Of a DNA stretch of 64,000 nt, positions 18,809 through 28,981 are shown piece after piece. The translations under genes were made by a program, and so were the position numbers. Source of the stretch: Verrucomicrobiota bacterium. Lineage in GTDB: Bacteria; Verrucomicrobiota; Verrucomicrobiia; Limisphaerales; CANJXF01. The notes under the pieces were generated by a model, which did no database searches, was not told where the DNA came from, and was given only the letters and a program-made list of their open reading frames with translations. The number at the start of each line of letters is the position of its first letter. Position 1 is the first letter of the stretch. The stretch covers positions 9,155 through 73,154 of the forward strand of contig JBBQRQ010000013.1 of assembly GCA_038214755.1 (NCBI GenBank), written 5' to 3'.

Positions 18809-20713
18809 TTATGGAGTTTTCAATACGCGAAAAAATTGCCGCGCCGCTCCCGGTGTCGCGAAGCCGCTGTAGCTCGCATTGGTGACGATGGGCGTGACGG
18901 GATTTGTCGCCAGAGTCCACGAAGAAAAATCTGGTGAGGTTTGAATTTCGTAAACTTCATAAGGCTTGGCCAGGAACTGGAGATTGGACGTGGAGAAGCT
19001 GGTGATTTTCAAAACAGAGGCGGCGTTGGTGGGATTTGTTCCGGAAATAAATTCGTTCAAGTTGGAAATTTTATCTCCGTCAAAATCGTCGCTGGCATGG
19101 TGTTTTGTTCCCACATTGGGATCGATATTTGTGAAGTACTGCATCATCCAGGAATCGGGCAGGCCGTCGCTGCCGCCGTTGGCCGCAGTCGGTCGGCTAT
19201 CGTCTAAAAATGAAATCACTTTGACCTGAATAAAAGGAGACCAGTTCGTGCCGTCGAAAAATCTCGCATAAGCTCGATCATAAGCGCTTGTGCCCGCCGG
19301 GTCGAATCGAGCGGCGCCGTAAAAACCGGCGGCACTATATTTCAAAATCTGACCCGCCAGAGAAAATGCGCCGTTGCTTGCGGTCTGGTTGGTTACGGCC
19401 AATGTCAGCGCATTGTTCTGCAAATCGTATCCGCGCAAAGTCACTTCATTGATTCCGGGAACATTGGGTTGGGACGGCGAAGAAGTGACAATATCCATCA
19501 CTCGGCTGTAGCCGTAGGGCGGCGTGTTGAAGGGATGGACCAATTGAATTTTCGGTGGATCATACGCGCCCAAAGTCGCGCCGCGCCCGCCGCCATGCAC
19601 TTGAAAGTACATCATCGCGTTATTCAGAGTTGTGTCGGGTTCGCTCGGATTTTCACTGCTGTGATCCAGGCTCAAGACGTGACCGAGTTCATGGCACAAA
19701 ACTTCTTCGAAAAATGAAAGCGTTTGCATGGAGACATTCGTATGTTTGAGCATCAAATAGCCGCGGCTGCTTAAGAAAAATTCCTGGCCGGCGATATTGC
19801 CTCCAAACCCGCCCGCGCTGCCGAGGCCACCGGGAACCGAATAATTTCTTCCGCCGATTCCCAGAACATTCACGTTGGTGATGTATCCATACAGATCGTG
19901 CAATTGAATGCGGATTTTTCCGTCGTTGATCAACACATTCGCCGCGCTCGTTCCGAAGTTTTGCAAACCTTCAAAAACAAATTTCGCCGAACTCACCTGG
20001 CTCCAGGCGTTGAGCGCGTTGCTCACCGCGCCCAGTGCTTGCGACAACGTAATTCCAGCGGGCAAAGTCTGGGCATCCACGATGTAACCAATTTTTTCTC
20101 CGCGATCCGCCGTGGTAAAACGGCTGGAAATTCCGCTGCCATTGTCGATGAGTCCGCCGACGACCGATGGGAGCGGTGCGTTGGAGGAACTCGCGTTGGC
20201 GGCCTGGCCGGTTGTGTTGATTCCTTGTGCAGAAGGTTGGGGAACGCGCTGGCGAATTTCGTCGAGCAACGAATTTTCCACGGGAGTAAAATTCGCGACA
20301 ACGCCCTTCTGTTGACGGTGCAATAAGATCGCGCTCGGACGCCCATCGTAGGCCATGAGAGTTCCGTCGCCGCGCGCATCCAGAAAAACCAAACGCTCTT
20401 CCCCGACCTTGAACTGCGGCGACAAGCCATCCATTTCTCCCTCGCTGTCCACGACCCCGCCGCGATGAATCAGTTGAATGTTCTTTGGGAAAATTCCTTT
20501 CAACCCTTCGTCCACGCGAAAAATTGTTTTGGTATAAATTCCATGGTCCGCCGGATTGCGGAAGGAAGTTTTCTCCAAAACCGTTCCACGAAAAATCGCT
20601 TGCGCCAGATCGATCCGCTCGCCCCAATTCAATGGCAGGGTGGACGAAGCAAAAAGCAGCGTTGAAGAAAAAAGAGCAACCAAATTTGCCAGGAGGAAAA
20701 ATAAGAAACGCAT
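18809..20713 (-). CDS. Secreted matrixin (M10/metzincin) metalloprotease with C-terminal extension
   Basis: Signal peptide from ATG 20713; HELGHVLSLDHS zinc motif with Met-turn (NAMM); DGLPDSW, DFDGD..SNLNEF..GTNP; C-terminal QTSPDFSSW...FFRV. Confidence 0.88.
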   Translation of the reverse strand: MRFLFFLLANLVALFSSTLLFASSTLPLNWGERIDLAQAIFRGTVLEKTSFRNPADHGIYTKTIFRVDEGLKGIFPKNIQLIHRGGVVDSEGEMDGLSPQFKVGEERLVFLDARGDGTLMAYDGRPSAILLHRQQKGVVANFTPVENSLLDEIRQRVPQPSAQGINTTGQAANASSSNAPLPSVVGGLIDNGSGISSRFTTADRGEKIGYIVDAQTLPAGITLSQALGAVSNALNAWSQVSSAKFVFEGLQNFGTSAANVLINDGKIRIQLHDLYGYITNVNVLGIGGRNYSVPGGLGSAGGFGGNIAGQEFFLSSRGYLMLKHTNVSMQTLSFFEEVLCHELGHVLSLDHSSENPSEPDTTLNNAMMYFQVHGGGRGATLGAYDPPKIQLVHPFNTPPYGYSRVMDIVTSSPSQPNVPGINEVTLRGYDLQNNALTLAVTNQTASNGAFSLAGQILKYSAAGFYGAARFDPAGTSAYDRAYARFFDGTNWSPFIQVKVISFLDDSRPTAANGGSDGLPDSWMMQYFTNIDPNVGTKHHASDDFDGDKISNLNEFISGTNPTNAASVLKITSFSTSNLQFLAKPYEVYEIQTSPDFSSWTLATNPVTPIVTNASYSGFATPGAARQFFRVLKTP

Positions 20714-20946
20714 CCTCGGATAGTAGGAATCAAAAATTGCTCGAGCAAGATTGTTTGGTTTGTCCAATTTTCTGGTTGGGGGACAGCGCGACGTAATCCT
20801 CGTCCGCTTCCGGCAACAGAAGTTTTTGTTCCCGCAGTAACCCGCCAAATGATTCATGCTTGTTGCAAGCGCGCCCCGGACGTAAAAGTTTCACCGTGGA
20901 AAAGTTTTTCCACCGGCGCGCGACGCATTAGTTGTCCGCCCATTTC

Positions 20947-21183
20947 ATGAAAGCAAAAATTATTATCACGCCGAAAAAAGCCGTGCTTGATCCGCAGGGA
21001 AAGACCGTGCAGGGCGCCCTGGAGCACATGGGACTCAAAGTGGGCGCCGTGCATGTTGGAAAATATTTGGAGATCGAATTGCCCGGCGACGATCAGGAAG
21101 TCTGGCGAAAAAAAATCGACGAAGCGTGTCATAAAATGTTGAGCAACCCGGTGATTGAAGATTACAAGGTTGAGATGGAATAA
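20947..21183 (+). CDS. purS: Phosphoribosylformylglycinamidine synthase subunit PurS
   Basis: K..VLDPQG, VGKYLEI, C.KMLSNPVIEDY. Confidence 0.96.
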   Translation: MKAKIIITPKKAVLDPQGKTVQGALEHMGLKVGAVHVGKYLEIELPGDDQEVWRKKIDEACHKMLSNPVIEDYKVEME

Positions 21184-21191
21184 CTCTGCGA

Positions 21192-21285
21192 AATTTACGA
21201 TCTGTGATTTACGATTGACGCGCCGAATTTAAATCCGCAAAAACTTCCGGTCGGCCTGTAAATCCGAAATTGTAAATCCAAAATC
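21192..21285. repeat. Inverted heptamer tracts between purS and purQ
   Basis: ATTTACG-ATCTGTG-ATTTACG-ATT versus TGTAAAT-CCGAAAT-TGTAAAT-CCAAAAT. Confidence 0.65.
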
Positions 21286-21288
21286 CCG

Positions 21289-22008
21289 ATGAATTTTGCC
21301 GTTCTCCAGTTTCCCGGATCCAATTGCGATCAAGACGTCGTCCACGTTTTGAAAAATGTGCTCGGCCAATCCGCGCTACTCGTCTGGCATAAAAAAACTT
21401 CACTCGGCGATTCCGATGCGGTGGTTATTCCGGGCGGTTTCAGCTATGGCGATTATCTCCGCACCGGAGCGATTGCTCGATTCAGTCCCATCATGCCAGC
21501 CGTCCAGGAGTTTGCGGCCAATGGCGCGCCTGTCCTGGGCATTTGCAACGGATTTCAAATTCTTTGCGAGGCGGGGCTTTTGCCTGGCGCGCTCATTCGC
21601 AATCGCTCCCTGCGATTCCGCTGTGAAAATATTTTTTTGAAAACGCTCGCGAACGACTCTCCGTTCACGAACAAAATCCCGGCGGAAAAACTTTTGCGCG
21701 TTCCCATTGCCCACGGCGAAGGCTGCTATTTCGCCGATGAAAGCACATTGGAAAATTTGCAAGCGAACAAACAAATTCTCTGGCAATATGTGAATGAAAA
21801 AGGCGAAGCAACTGAACAATCCAATCCGAATGGTTCGGTGCTGAACATCGCCGGAATTTGCAACGAAGCCCGCAACGTCGCCGGACTCATGCCGCATCCC
21901 GAACGCGCCAGTGAATCCATTCTCGGTTGCGCTGATGGAAAATTTATTTTTGAAAGTTTGATTGGCTGGTTGGAAAGGCGAAACGTGCCGAAAGCGCAAG
22001 CTGCATAA
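21289..22008 (+). CDS. purQ: FGAM synthase glutaminase subunit
   Basis: [45 protein letters not shown]. Confidence 0.97.
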   Translation: MNFAVLQFPGSNCDQDVVHVLKNVLGQSALLVWHKKTSLGDSDAVVIPGGFSYGDYLRTGAIARFSPIMPAVQEFAANGAPVLGICNGFQILCEAGLLPGALIRNRSLRFRCENIFLKTLANDSPFTNKIPAEKLLRVPIAHGEGCYFADESTLENLQANKQILWQYVNEKGEATEQSNPNGSVLNIAGICNEARNVAGLMPHPERASESILGCADGKFIFESLIGWLERRNVPKAQAA

Positions 22009-22018
22009 GTTTTTAGAA

Positions 22019-23476
22019 ATGTCGCCCGAGGAACTCAACCTACTGCTGCCTTCGCTTCGTGCTTTGCCGCATGAAACGGAATGGGTGGAATTCAAACATA
22101 ATGATGCTGATCCAGAGGAAGTCGGCGAATACGTATCTGCCCTTTCAAACTCCGCAGCGCTTCTTGGAAAAGATGCGAGTTATCTTGTTTGGGGCATCCA
22201 GAATCTGACCCATCACGTTGTCGGAACAAACTTCCAACCGCGACAGCGTAAAGTCAGCGGGCAGGAATTGGAAAGCTGGCTAACTCTCCATCTGACGCCG
22301 CGAGTTCATTTTGCCATCCATGAATTTGAGTGCAACAGCCAGGCAATTGTTCTTTTTGAAATTCAGCCGGCCAGTCATACACCGGTTCGGTTCATGGACA
22401 CAGAATTTATCCGCGTCGGTAGTTACAAGAAAAAACTCAAAGACTTTCCAGAAAAAGAGCGCGCATTGTGGCGGCAGCTTTCTCGCACCCCGTTTGAGAA
22501 GGGCTTGGCTAAACGCGGAGTATCGGGTGACGATGTGTTGGCACTTTTGGAATATCCGAAATTTTTTGAATTGGTCGGGCTTAACTTGCCGGCAAACAAA
22601 CAAGGCATCCTTGAACGATTGATAGTGGACCAACTCATTGTCGAGCGTGGGAGCAATCACTACGAAATAACCAATCTTGGCGCTATCCTTTTTGCAAAGC
22701 ATTTGAGGGACTTCGAGGGGCTGGCGCGCAAAGCAATTCGTGTCGTCCAATACAAAGGCACGAATCGGGTCGAGACGGTAAAGGAAATGGTGGGAGCTAG
22801 AGGTTATGCCGCAGGCTTCGAGGGTCTTGTTAGATACGTCAACGATCAGTTGCCACGCAACGAAATCATTGAAAAGGCACTGCGAAAAGAAGTCCCAATG
22901 TTTCCTGAACTCGCCATTCGAGAACTGATACCTAACGCTCTGATTCATCAGGACTTCTCCATCACCGGCGCTGGCCCGATGGTGGAAATTTTTGGCGACA
23001 GGCTCGAAATAAGCAATCCGGGATTACCGCTCATTGATACGCTTCGTTTCATTGACCATTCGCCCCGTTCGCGCAATGAAGGCCTTGCAGATTTGATGCG
23101 GCGGCTGCACATCTGCGAAGAGCGTGGCAGCGGAATTGACAAGGTGATTTTTCAAATTGAGTCCTATCAATTGCCAGCACCTGATTTTCGGATTGATGAA
23201 ACGCACACGCGAGTTGTGTTATTTGCCCAGCGCAAACTTTCAGCAATGGATGCGAAGGACAAAGTGCGAGCGTGTTACCAACACGCCTGTTTAGAATCTG
23301 TTTCAAACCGTCAGATGACGAACACGTCGCTGCGAAAACGATTTTCCATCACCGATGAAAACTACTCCATCGCTTCGCGGGTGATTTCCGATACAATTGA
23401 GGCCGGTCTGATTAAGCGGCATGACCCCGACAGTGCGTCAAGGAAGCACGCCAAATACATTCCGTTTTGGGGATGA
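22019..23476 (+). CDS. Schlafen/AlbA_2 domain + HATPase_c_4 (RecG-C-like) + putative HTH protein
   Basis: [20 protein letters not shown] (AlbA_2); [39 protein letters not shown]; codon usage visibly differs from the pur genes. Confidence 0.88.
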   Translation: MSPEELNLLLPSLRALPHETEWVEFKHNDADPEEVGEYVSALSNSAALLGKDASYLVWGIQNLTHHVVGTNFQPRQRKVSGQELESWLTLHLTPRVHFAIHEFECNSQAIVLFEIQPASHTPVRFMDTEFIRVGSYKKKLKDFPEKERALWRQLSRTPFEKGLAKRGVSGDDVLALLEYPKFFELVGLNLPANKQGILERLIVDQLIVERGSNHYEITNLGAILFAKHLRDFEGLARKAIRVVQYKGTNRVETVKEMVGARGYAAGFEGLVRYVNDQLPRNEIIEKALRKEVPMFPELAIRELIPNALIHQDFSITGAGPMVEIFGDRLEISNPGLPLIDTLRFIDHSPRSRNEGLADLMRRLHICEERGSGIDKVIFQIESYQLPAPDFRIDETHTRVVLFAQRKLSAMDAKDKVRACYQHACLESVSNRQMTNTSLRKRFSITDENYSIASRVISDTIEAGLIKRHDPDSASRKHAKYIPFWG

Positions 23477-23596
23477 TTCTTATGTGATTCTTATGTGACT
23501 CAATATGCCTCAAGATGCCTCAATATGACTCAAAACAGCCTAAAACACGGAAGATTCTTATGTGATTTCAAAACTAGGAACTTAGGAATCTAGGAC
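23475..23596. repeat. Cluster of short direct repeats between the AlbA_2 gene and purL
   Basis: GATTCTTATGT x2 (third copy at 23553), CTCAA(T/G)ATG(C/A) x3-4, TAGGA x3 at 8-bp spacing. Confidence 0.75.
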
Positions 23597-23608
23597 TTCA
23601 TCTTTGAA

Positions 23609-26206
23609 ATGACCGAACCCGCCATCACTCTAGACTTGGTTGCCAAACACAACCTCACGCCCGACGAATATGCCCGCGCCAAGGAAATTCTGGGGCGCGA
23701 CCCGAATTACACGGAACTGGGAATTTTTTCGGTGATGTGGAGCGAGCATTGTTCTTACAAAAATACGAAGCCGCTGCTGAAAACATTTCCGACCAAGTCT
23801 GCAAAAATTCTTGTCGGCGCGGGCGAAGAAAACGCCGGCATCATCGACATCGGCGACGGACTGGCCATCGCCTTTAAAATTGAATCCCATAATCATCCGA
23901 GCGCGGTCGAGCCGTTTCAAGGCGCAGCCACAGGGGTGGGCGGAATCATTCGTGATATTTTTACGATGGGCGCGCGTCCGGTTTGCGCGCTGAATTCTTT
24001 GCGCTTCGGGCCGATTGCGGGAAATGGAGAAGTGGGTGGGAAAGTGGGAAAGTGGGAAAGTGGGGCAGAGGCGACAAATTCTGAAGCCTCACTTTCTCAC
24101 TTTCCCACTTTCCCACTCGCCCCAGTCTCCAACGAAATTCTTAACAACCGCCGCCTCTTCGCCAGCGTCGTCAGCGGCATTGCGCATTACGGAAATTGTT
24201 TCGGCATTCCAACCGTGGGCGGCGAAATTTATTTCGACGAATCCTACGAGGGCAATCCACTCGTCAATGTGTTTTGTCTCGGCGTTTTGCGGCACGAACA
24301 AATTGCCCGCGGCGCGGCGAAAGGAATTGGCAATCCAGTTTTCTATGTTGGCCCGGCCACAGGTCGCGATGGGCTCGCGGGCGCGGCCTTTGCCTCCCAG
24401 GATTTAACGGACGAATCAGCCCAAGGACAACGCGGCGCTGTGCAAGTCGGAGATCCGTTCATGGAAAAATTGGTCTGCGAAGCGTGCCTGGAACTTCTGG
24501 CGACCGATTGCGTCGCGGGAATTCAAGACATGGGCGCGGCTGGTTTGACTTGTTCGACGTGCGAAACCGCCGCGCGCGCGGGAACCGGAATTGAGATCGA
24601 GTTGAGCAAAGTTCCGCAACGCGCCCCGCACATGACGCCTTACGAAATTATGTTGAGCGAATCGCAGGAACGGATGCTCATCATCGTCAAACGCGGTCGC
24701 GAAGCGGAAGTGCAACGCATCTTCGACAAATGGGATTTGCCGTGGGCGGAAATTGGTTTCGTGACCGACACCGGAAAAATGGTCGTCAAAAATCGCGGCG
24801 AAATTGTTGTCGATATTCCAGCGAAAAAATTGGCCGATGAAGCGCCGGTTTATTTTCGCGACGCAAAAGAGCCGGAATATTTGAAAGCCGTTCGTGAATT
24901 TACTTTGGCTCAAATTGCCGATTGCCAATCGCCGATCGCCGATTTGAAAACTCTGCTGGCGTCGGCGAACATTGCTTCCAAGAATTGGGTCTATCGCCAA
25001 TACGATCACATGGTGCGCGATGGCTCGGTGGTTTGTCCCGGCTCGGATGCGGCGGTCATTCGCATCAAGGAAGATTCGCTGCCGATGAGTTCTTTGCAGT
25101 GCGGTAACTTGTCACCGCTTTCTTCCGCGGGCGACTTGTCGCCCGCGACTGCGCGAGAACTCGCGCAGTCAAAAAGCGGCGAGAACTCGCCGCACTCCAC
25201 GTTTCCGGAGAAGTACGTGGCGATGACCGTTGATTGCAACGCCGCTTACGTTTATCTCGATCCGTACGAAGGCGCAAAAACTGTCGTGGCGGAAGCCGCC
25301 CGAAATCTCGCTTGTTCTGGCGCGACTCCACTTGGTTCAACCGACAACCTAAATTTTGGAAATCCGCACAACCCGGAAATTTTCTGGCAACTTAAAGAAT
25401 CCGTTCGCGGCCTGGCCGAAGCCTGCCGCGCATTCAACGCGCCCGTCACTGGCGGCAACGTCAGTCTCTACAATCAAAATCCGAGCGGACCGATTGACCC
25501 GACGCCGACCGTCGCGATGGTCGGCTCGATCGAAAAACCGGAACACATCACGACCCAGTGGTTCAAGGCGGAAGGTGACGTAATTATTTTGCTCGGAGAA
25601 ATCGTGGATCAACAAGATCCGTTGCTCGGCTTGGGCGGCTCGGCGTATTTGCAAAAAATTCTCGGCCTGAAAACTGGCACTCCGCCGCGTTGCGATTTGG
25701 AAATGGAGAAAATTCTCCACACGACGCTGCTCGGTTTTATTTTTTCCGGCATTGTTAAAAGCGCGCATGATTGCAGCGAAGGCGGTCTGGCCGTCGCCTT
25801 GGCGGAAAGTTGCATCTCACAACAAATCGCGCGCCATACGCCGCGCCTCATCGGTGCGCAAATTGATTTGAGCGCGGTTGTTCCACCAAGCGCTGCCGAA
25901 CTCTCGGCAGATGCTTCTTCCGCGAAAGATATTGGCGACCAGAATTACCGACAGAATGTCGGCGGCCCTTTGCGCCTCGACGCTCTGCTCTTTGGTGAAA
26001 CGCAGAGTCGCGTCGTTGTATCTGTCGCGCCGCTGGATGCGGTCAAAGTTTTAGAGCGGGCAAAAATTTTGGGAGTTTCGGCCACCAGAATTGGAATCGT
26101 TGGCGGAGTTGATTTGAAAATTAAAACTTCTGACAAAGAATTTTCGTGGCCGATCGCTGAACTCCATGACCTTTGGTGGAACTCCATCGCGCGTGCCATG
26201 GCCTGA
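23609..26206 (+). CDS. purL: FGAM synthase subunit PurL carrying in-frame repeat insertions
   Basis: [14 protein letters not shown]-like, [66 protein letters not shown]. Confidence 0.97.
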   Translation: MTEPAITLDLVAKHNLTPDEYARAKEILGRDPNYTELGIFSVMWSEHCSYKNTKPLLKTFPTKSAKILVGAGEENAGIIDIGDGLAIAFKIESHNHPSAVEPFQGAATGVGGIIRDIFTMGARPVCALNSLRFGPIAGNGEVGGKVGKWESGAEATNSEASLSHFPTFPLAPVSNEILNNRRLFASVVSGIAHYGNCFGIPTVGGEIYFDESYEGNPLVNVFCLGVLRHEQIARGAAKGIGNPVFYVGPATGRDGLAGAAFASQDLTDESAQGQRGAVQVGDPFMEKLVCEACLELLATDCVAGIQDMGAAGLTCSTCETAARAGTGIEIELSKVPQRAPHMTPYEIMLSESQERMLIIVKRGREAEVQRIFDKWDLPWAEIGFVTDTGKMVVKNRGEIVVDIPAKKLADEAPVYFRDAKEPEYLKAVREFTLAQIADCQSPIADLKTLLASANIASKNWVYRQYDHMVRDGSVVCPGSDAAVIRIKEDSLPMSSLQCGNLSPLSSAGDLSPATARELAQSKSGENSPHSTFPEKYVAMTVDCNAAYVYLDPYEGAKTVVAEAARNLACSGATPLGSTDNLNFGNPHNPEIFWQLKESVRGLAEACRAFNAPVTGGNVSLYNQNPSGPIDPTPTVAMVGSIEKPEHITTQWFKAEGDVIILLGEIVDQQDPLLGLGGSAYLQKILGLKTGTPPRCDLEMEKILHTTLLGFIFSGIVKSAHDCSEGGLAVALAESCISQQIARHTPRLIGAQIDLSAVVPPSAAELSADASSAKDIGDQNYRQNVGGPLRLDALLFGETQSRVVVSVAPLDAVKVLERAKILGVSATRIGIVGGVDLKIKTSDKEFSWPIAELHDLWWNSIARAMA
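24036..24116. repeat. In-frame octamer inverted repeat in purL
   Basis: (GTGGGAAA)x3 ... (CACTTTCY)x3; encodes [17 protein letters not shown]. Confidence 0.85.
24914..24941 (+). repeat. Heptamer tract in purL
   Basis: ATTGCCG ATTGCCA ATCGCCG ATCGCCG; encodes [10 protein letters not shown]. Confidence 0.75.
25095..25199. mobile_element. REP doublet (TGGAGTGCG...CGCACTCCA family) in frame in purL
   Basis: TGCAGTGCGGTAACTTGTCACCGCTTT ... AAAGCGGCGAGAACTCGCCGCACTCCA; related intergenic copies at 32144, 42019 and 51977. Confidence 0.85.
25889..25969. repeat. Degenerate REP-like doublet in frame in purL
   Basis: Hairpins CTGCCGAACTCTCGGCAG and CCGACAGAATGTCGG inside an apparent peptide insertion. 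Confidence 0.6.
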
Positions 26207-26322
26207 AAAAACATCGTCCCAATTTAAACTTTTCCAGACGAGGGAGCTTGAACTCCAAATTTTCACGAGCCGTTTATCGCAAATCCAGGCGGCAGTGGTT
26301 ATTCCCAAGAATTTCTTTGACG

Positions 26323-26370
26323 CCCCAATATTTAGTATGCTACCTACCGTCGCGACACCTTTAGCAGTAT
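26323..26370 (+). promoter_or_regulatory. NrdR-box-like site(s) upstream of nrdR
   Basis: CCCCAATATTTAGTAT matches the acaCwAtATaTwGtgt consensus; weaker ACACCTTTAGCAGTAT 32 bp downstream; TTGACG immediately upstream. Confidence 0.5.
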
Positions 26371-26382
26371 GCGGCGAAATTT

Positions 26383-26838
26383 ATGCGCTGTCCGAAATGC
26401 GGAAATCAGGATGACAAAGTCATCGATTCTCGAACCTCCAAAAAAGGCTCGACGATTCGTCGGCGGCGCGAGTGTTTAAAATGCGAACATCGTTTCACAA
26501 CTTACGAAGAAATTGAGCATGAAGGTTTGGTCGTCGTCAAACGCGATGGACGGCGCGAACAATTTTCCAAAGAAAAACTTTTATCCGGCATCCGCAAAGC
26601 ATGTCAAAAGCGCCCCATCAGTCCGAAAGCCATTGAGGACCTCGTCGAGAAAATCGTCGATGAAATAACGGATAAGTTCGACAGCGAAGTTCCGGGCAAG
26701 GCGATTGGCGAGCGCGTCATGGAAGGGTTGCGGGAGCTGGATGAAGTGGCCTATGTGCGTTTCGCCAGCGTTTATCGCCGCTTCCAGGAAGCGACCGAAT
26801 TCGTGCAAGCCGTAAAAAATTTAGAGGAAGAAACATGA
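26383..26838 (+). CDS. nrdR: Transcriptional repressor NrdR
   Basis: MRCPKC, VIDSR, IRRRRECLKC..RFTTYE, ATP-cone VVKRDG, VAYVRFASVY. Confidence 0.97.
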   Translation: MRCPKCGNQDDKVIDSRTSKKGSTIRRRRECLKCEHRFTTYEEIEHEGLVVVKRDGRREQFSKEKLLSGIRKACQKRPISPKAIEDLVEKIVDEITDKFDSEVPGKAIGERVMEGLRELDEVAYVRFASVYRRFQEATEFVQAVKNLEEET

Positions 26839-27407
26839 TTCAACTCAATCCCGATTACCTTATTTTCAAAACCGCGGCAGGGGAAAATATCCCTTGCGCG
26901 GTGGAACTGGTTGCCATCGAACTGATGGGGGACGCCATTTCGCTGGTCGATCCAGATTTGATTCGCAACGCTTCCGCCGCCATCCTCCACTATTTTAAAA
27001 TTGAACTGGGATGCCACTCCGTTTCCGTGGGAGAATTTTCTCTGGCGCTCGAACGGGTGCTGCGCGGCTTTGGCCTCAACATCCAAACCGATGGCGACAC
27101 GGAGGAATTTCACATCGTGGAATCCGATTTGCGCGAAGTGGCGTCCTCGGCTGGCAAAGGTTTTGAATTATTTTTCTTTCCAAATCTTCGCGACGAGATG
27201 CGCCGCAACATCAACGAAAAGCCGCAGGTCGTCCGATTCAAAGGGTTGCGCGGCTGCGTCAAGCAAATCATCGGCGCGCAACGTTGGAGCGGACGCTGCC
27301 AAATACTCAGCGATCAAATTGTGGAATATCTTCGCACTTGTTTGAGCGCGGAATTTCTACCATCGCACCACTCCAAAAGAGAAACCTGTGCGCTCGTGGT
27401 GTTGTGA
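26835..27407 (+). CDS. Hypothetical protein translationally coupled to nrdR
   Basis: 190-aa ORF with ATGA overlap with the nrdR stop; host-like codon usage. Confidence 0.75.
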   Translation: MIQLNPDYLIFKTAAGENIPCAVELVAIELMGDAISLVDPDLIRNASAAILHYFKIELGCHSVSVGEFSLALERVLRGFGLNIQTDGDTEEFHIVESDLREVASSAGKGFELFFFPNLRDEMRRNINEKPQVVRFKGLRGCVKQIIGAQRWSGRCQILSDQIVEYLRTCLSAEFLPSHHSKRETCALVVL

Positions 27408-27423
27408 AGCGGAAATTCCGTAA

Positions 27424-27455
27424 CCGTTGAATCGTGAATCGTTGAATCGTGAATC
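27424..27455 (+). repeat. Short tandem repeat (CGT[T]GAAT)x4
   Basis: CCGTTGAATCGTGAATCGTTGAATCGTGAATC. Confidence 0.7.
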
Positions 27456-27464
27456 AAGCGGCCC

Positions 27465-27803
27465 ATGACTTTATTTGAAAAAATCATCGCGCGACAAATT
27501 CCTGGCGACATCGTTTACGAAGATGACCTCGTGCTGGCGTTGCGCGACATCAAGCCGGTCGCGCCCGTCCACATTTTGATTCTGCCAAAGAAAGCGATTC
27601 CGCGCATCGCCGACGCATCGCCGGAGGATCACAAAGTTCTGGGCCATTTGCTTTTGAAGGCGGCGGAAATCGCGGCAAAAGAAGGATTGGAAAAAAACGG
27701 TTACCGTCTCGTCATTAATAACGGCCCTGACGCTGGAGAATCAGTCCCGCATCTGCATTTGCACATTCTGGGTGGACGAAATTTTAGCTGGCCGCCGGGT
27801 TAA
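27465..27803 (+). CDS. hinT: HIT-family purine nucleoside phosphoramidase
   Basis: LFEKII..IP..IVYEDD, APVHILI.PK, GESVPHLHLHILGGR..WPPG. Confidence 0.92.
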   Translation: MTLFEKIIARQIPGDIVYEDDLVLALRDIKPVAPVHILILPKKAIPRIADASPEDHKVLGHLLLKAAEIAAKEGLEKNGYRLVINNGPDAGESVPHLHLHILGGRNFSWPPG

Positions 27804-27912
27804 AAGTTCTATCGCTCGTTCTGTCGATATTCCTTAGAGCGTGCGACGACCGCCGGCGAAATTCTGTCCGCCCACTCCGAACTCCGAAAACAACTTTGCT
27901 CCACCTACACCA

Positions 27913-28968
27913 ATGAACTCACGGTTGTTGTTTGCTTTTTTTATTTTGTTTTCGTTCATTGGCTCCGCCATGAACCAGGAGGAGGCGATCGATGATCTAT
28001 TTAAAGAATTTGACCGCCCCGGCTCCCCCGGCGCCAGCCTTACCGTGATCAAGAACGGCAAACCAGTTTTCGCCAAAGGTTACGGGTTGGCCAATCTGGA
28101 GAAGAAAATTCTTTGTTCGACCAACACCAATTTTCGGCTTGCCTCGCTGACAAAACAATTTACCGCCACGGCCATTTTAATTTTGGCGGAGCGCCGGAGC
28201 CTCTCGCTCGAAGATCACATCACGAGATTTTTCCCGGAATTTCCAGATTACGGAAAACAAATCAGCATCCGCCACTTGCTCACGCATACGTCAGGACTCG
28301 TGGATTACGAGCAAGTCATTCCTGCGGGCACGACGATTCCAGTGAGTGACCGCGATGTGTTGTTGCTCCTGTTGAAGCAGGACCACTTGAAATTTTCTCC
28401 CGGTGAAAAGTTTGATTACAGCAATACTGGATACTCCTTTCTCGCGCTGATTGTCGAAGCGGCGTCGGGGCAAAAGTTCGCCACGTTCTTGCGGGAAAAT
28501 ATTTTTCAACCGCTCGGCATGACGAACTCGCTCGCCTATGAGCCGGGAATTTCCTCCGTGCCCAATCGCGCCTTTGGCTACGCGAAAACTGAAAATGGTT
28601 TTGAGTTCAGCGATCAAAGTCTGACCAGCGCCGTTCTGGGTGATGGCGGAATTTATTCTTCCGTCGCGGATCTTTTCCAGTGGGATCAGGCTCTCTCCAC
28701 GGAAAAACTGGTCAGCCGAAAAATGCTTGAGCAGGCATTCGCGACGCATTCCACAAACTCGGATTCACCAGGGAGCGGTTACGGATTTGGTTGGTACATT
28801 GGAAAATATCGCGACGCGAAAAAAATTTGGCATTATGGAAGCACCTGCGGATTCTCGACGAGGATGGAACGGTTTCCTGAAAAGAATTTGACCGTGATTA
28901 TTCTGACCAATCGTCGTGATGCAAAAATTTCAGATGTCCCTCAAAAAATCGCCGACCTTTATTGGTAG
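27913..28968 (+). CDS. Serine hydrolase, beta-lactamase class C family, exported
   Basis: FRLASLTK (SxxK), LLTHTSG, FDYSNTGY, IFQPLGM, GDGGIYSS, WHYG. Confidence 0.9.
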   Translation: MNSRLLFAFFILFSFIGSAMNQEEAIDDLFKEFDRPGSPGASLTVIKNGKPVFAKGYGLANLEKKILCSTNTNFRLASLTKQFTATAILILAERRSLSLEDHITRFFPEFPDYGKQISIRHLLTHTSGLVDYEQVIPAGTTIPVSDRDVLLLLLKQDHLKFSPGEKFDYSNTGYSFLALIVEAASGQKFATFLRENIFQPLGMTNSLAYEPGISSVPNRAFGYAKTENGFEFSDQSLTSAVLGDGGIYSSVADLFQWDQALSTEKLVSRKMLEQAFATHSTNSDSPGSGYGFGWYIGKYRDAKKIWHYGSTCGFSTRMERFPEKNLTVIILTNRRDAKISDVPQKIADLYW

Positions 28969-28981
28969 GAGATCAAAAGTT

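Noticed and set aside
23475..23596. CRISPR array here or at any of the heptamer tracts
   Set aside because: Repeat units are 7-11 bp with no unique spacers of 25-45 bp, and there are no cas genes.
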